Shown: piece after piece, positions 62,449 to 64,000 of the stretch
Numbering within the stretch: the first letter of the stretch is position 1
Layout of the letters: every line of letters starts with the position of its first letter
Source: Nitrosopumilus sp.
Lineage (GTDB): Archaea; Thermoproteota; Nitrososphaeria; Nitrososphaerales; Nitrosopumilaceae
Reading direction: 5' to 3'
Assembly: GCA_965214775.1 (NCBI GenBank)
Contig: OZ243974.1
Coordinates: forward strand, 2,112,001 to 2,176,000
Length of the DNA: 64,000 nt
Program-made: the position numbers and the translations under genes
The notes under the pieces: model-generated
Database searches by the model: none
What the model was told of the DNA's origin: nothing
Seen by the model: the letters and a program-made list of their open reading frames with translations, nothing else

Positions 62449-62568
62449 TGTAACCGGATAACCTCTGCCTAGAGTTGGGGTCACGCCCCTTGCCGGTCAG
62501 GCATGAAAATCACGATTACAGGTAGATTCGTGCCTAGTTGCTGCCTAGGCAGGGGTTATCCTGTTACA
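62449..62568. mobile_element. 120-bp TGT..ACA MITE containing a family C core
   Basis: TIR tgtaaccggataacctctgcctag / ctaggcaggggttatcctgttaca. Confidence 0.8.
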
Positions 62569-62696
62569 GGGGTTGTCGCTAATTCATTAGAATTCCTGAA
62601 AACCATACGATGTCATCCGGATCTAGGCGTGCAAGGGGGACACAAGTTCAGAAAAACATGTAGATTGATCCAGATGGGTGAATTAGGCGACAACCA
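62569..62696 (-). mobile_element. MITE family B, reverse orientation
   Basis: ggggttgtcgctaattc / gaattaggcgacaacc; interior matches rc of 3619-3748. Confidence 0.82.
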
Positions 62697-62930
62697 CAGG
62701 AGCATGACGTGTCTGGCAGGAATTTTCCTCCTGATGCCACGAACTGCTTTTTCTGTATGCTCATGCATGTACATATGACTTGCCTGATCTAAATCTTTGG
62801 ATCAAAAATAGTTGTCAAAATTGTCCGTTTTTTATGTATTGACTACAGCACGTCGTATTTTCGAGAGGGGGTGAACTCTTACGAACCGAATCAAGGCAGG
62901 ATTTTATACTTGGTTTCAGCGAGTATCATC

Positions 62931-63872
62931 ATGATGGATTCAGGACGGCCTGTAAAAGATATTGAAATTGACGACAATACAACAATCGAAAAAATTTTTG
63001 ATGAACTGTCACAGTCAGGAGGATTTGAATCGGTAAATTTATCGGACGGATTGGAGATCTTGACAAAAATGATTTCAGACAAACAGTGTTTGAAATTCGT
63101 CTCGTTTGTCGGGGCAGTGGTTTCAACGGGCCTGAGGGGAATAATCAAAAACATGATCAAAAACAAATGGTTTGATGTGGCAGTCACTACTTGTGGGGCA
63201 CTGGACCACGATATTGCAAGACACTTTTCACAGTACAGAGAAGGCTCATTTACAATGGATGATAACAAACTAGCTGATCAAAACATTCACAGATTGGGAA
63301 ACATACTGGTTCCAATGGACAGTTACGGTCCACTAATTGAAGAAAAGATGCAGGCATTTTTGGAAGAAGAGTACCAGAACGGAGTCAAAGAGATGACCGG
63401 CACTGAAATTTGCAGGATGATTGGCAGGCATCTTGGGAAGGATTCATTTCTTTATTGGGCGTACAAAAACGATGTCAGCGTAGTCGTTCCAGGAATCATG
63501 GACGGAGCAGTGGGAAGCCAAATTTGGCTATTTACACAAAAACACAGTGATTTCAAACTAAACATGGCAGGAGATGCAGACTTGCTTTCCGGATATATCT
63601 TCAAAGCTGAAAAATCCGGTGCTTTTATGATTGGGGGCGGAATTTCAAAACACCATACTTTATGGTGGAATCAATACAGGGATGGATTGGATTACGCATT
63701 CTACATAACTACTGCCCAAGAGTTTGATGGAAGCCTTAGCGGGGCACTTGTCAGAGAGGCAATCTCCTGGGGAAAGGTAACTCAAAAAGCAAGACAATCT
63801 ACACTGCATGCAGAAGCTACAACAATCCTGCCATTCATTTACTCGGCACTGCTATCCAAATTAAGACAATAG
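62931..63872 (+). CDS. dys: Deoxyhypusine synthase
   Basis: STGLRG, HRLGNI, IGGGISKHH, DGSLSGA, EAISWGK. Confidence 0.95.
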   Translation: MMDSGRPVKDIEIDDNTTIEKIFDELSQSGGFESVNLSDGLEILTKMISDKQCLKFVSFVGAVVSTGLRGIIKNMIKNKWFDVAVTTCGALDHDIARHFSQYREGSFTMDDNKLADQNIHRLGNILVPMDSYGPLIEEKMQAFLEEEYQNGVKEMTGTEICRMIGRHLGKDSFLYWAYKNDVSVVVPGIMDGAVGSQIWLFTQKHSDFKLNMAGDADLLSGYIFKAEKSGAFMIGGGISKHHTLWWNQYRDGLDYAFYITTAQEFDGSLSGALVREAISWGKVTQKARQSTLHAEATTILPFIYSALLSKLRQ

Positions 63873-64000
63873 GGTCTGGAAATCCCTTTTTTTCAGAACT
63901 TTTCGAGCTGCAATCATCCGTTTCTCTTTTTTTGGTGGATGGGGTGGGAAGAGAGTGTGTTGGTCGATGTTTTTGATGTACGATGCAACTTTCGAAGCGT

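Overview
Archaeal chromosomal segment with gene content and protein style typical of an ammonia-oxidising thaumarchaeon (Nitrosopumilaceae-like; inferred from gene families, not searched). The core backbone carries pstB-phoU, sbtA-sbtB, an ars cluster, hemL-hemC-cobA-hemD, thi4, a sulfite reductase with a rhodanese, a DRG GTPase, argS, nreA, trxB, cysM-tusA, cofE, serB, proS, egtB/egtD, smc, ino1 and dys. Mobile DNA is abundant: IS481, IS66, IS6, IS110, IS5 and IS630 copies or fragments, plus at least six families of 80-160 bp inverted-repeat elements (MITEs) that stack in nests. Most interesting: (1) a sixA-ppx-tmk-like-tmk-like-(CHAD remnant) operon that may encode an unrecognised two-subunit polyphosphate kinase; (2) a YwgA-like + SAMHD1-like HD dNTPase cassette bracketed by near-identical direct repeats; (3) a bridge-RNA-shaped non-coding leader before an archaeal IS110 recombinase fragment; (4) a MITE family whose TA-G end regenerates stop codons; (5) a histone-H1-like (AAPKRK)16 protein next to a collagen-like protein. 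No rRNA, tRNA or CRISPR array was seen. All assignments are from motif recognition by eye; no searches were run.
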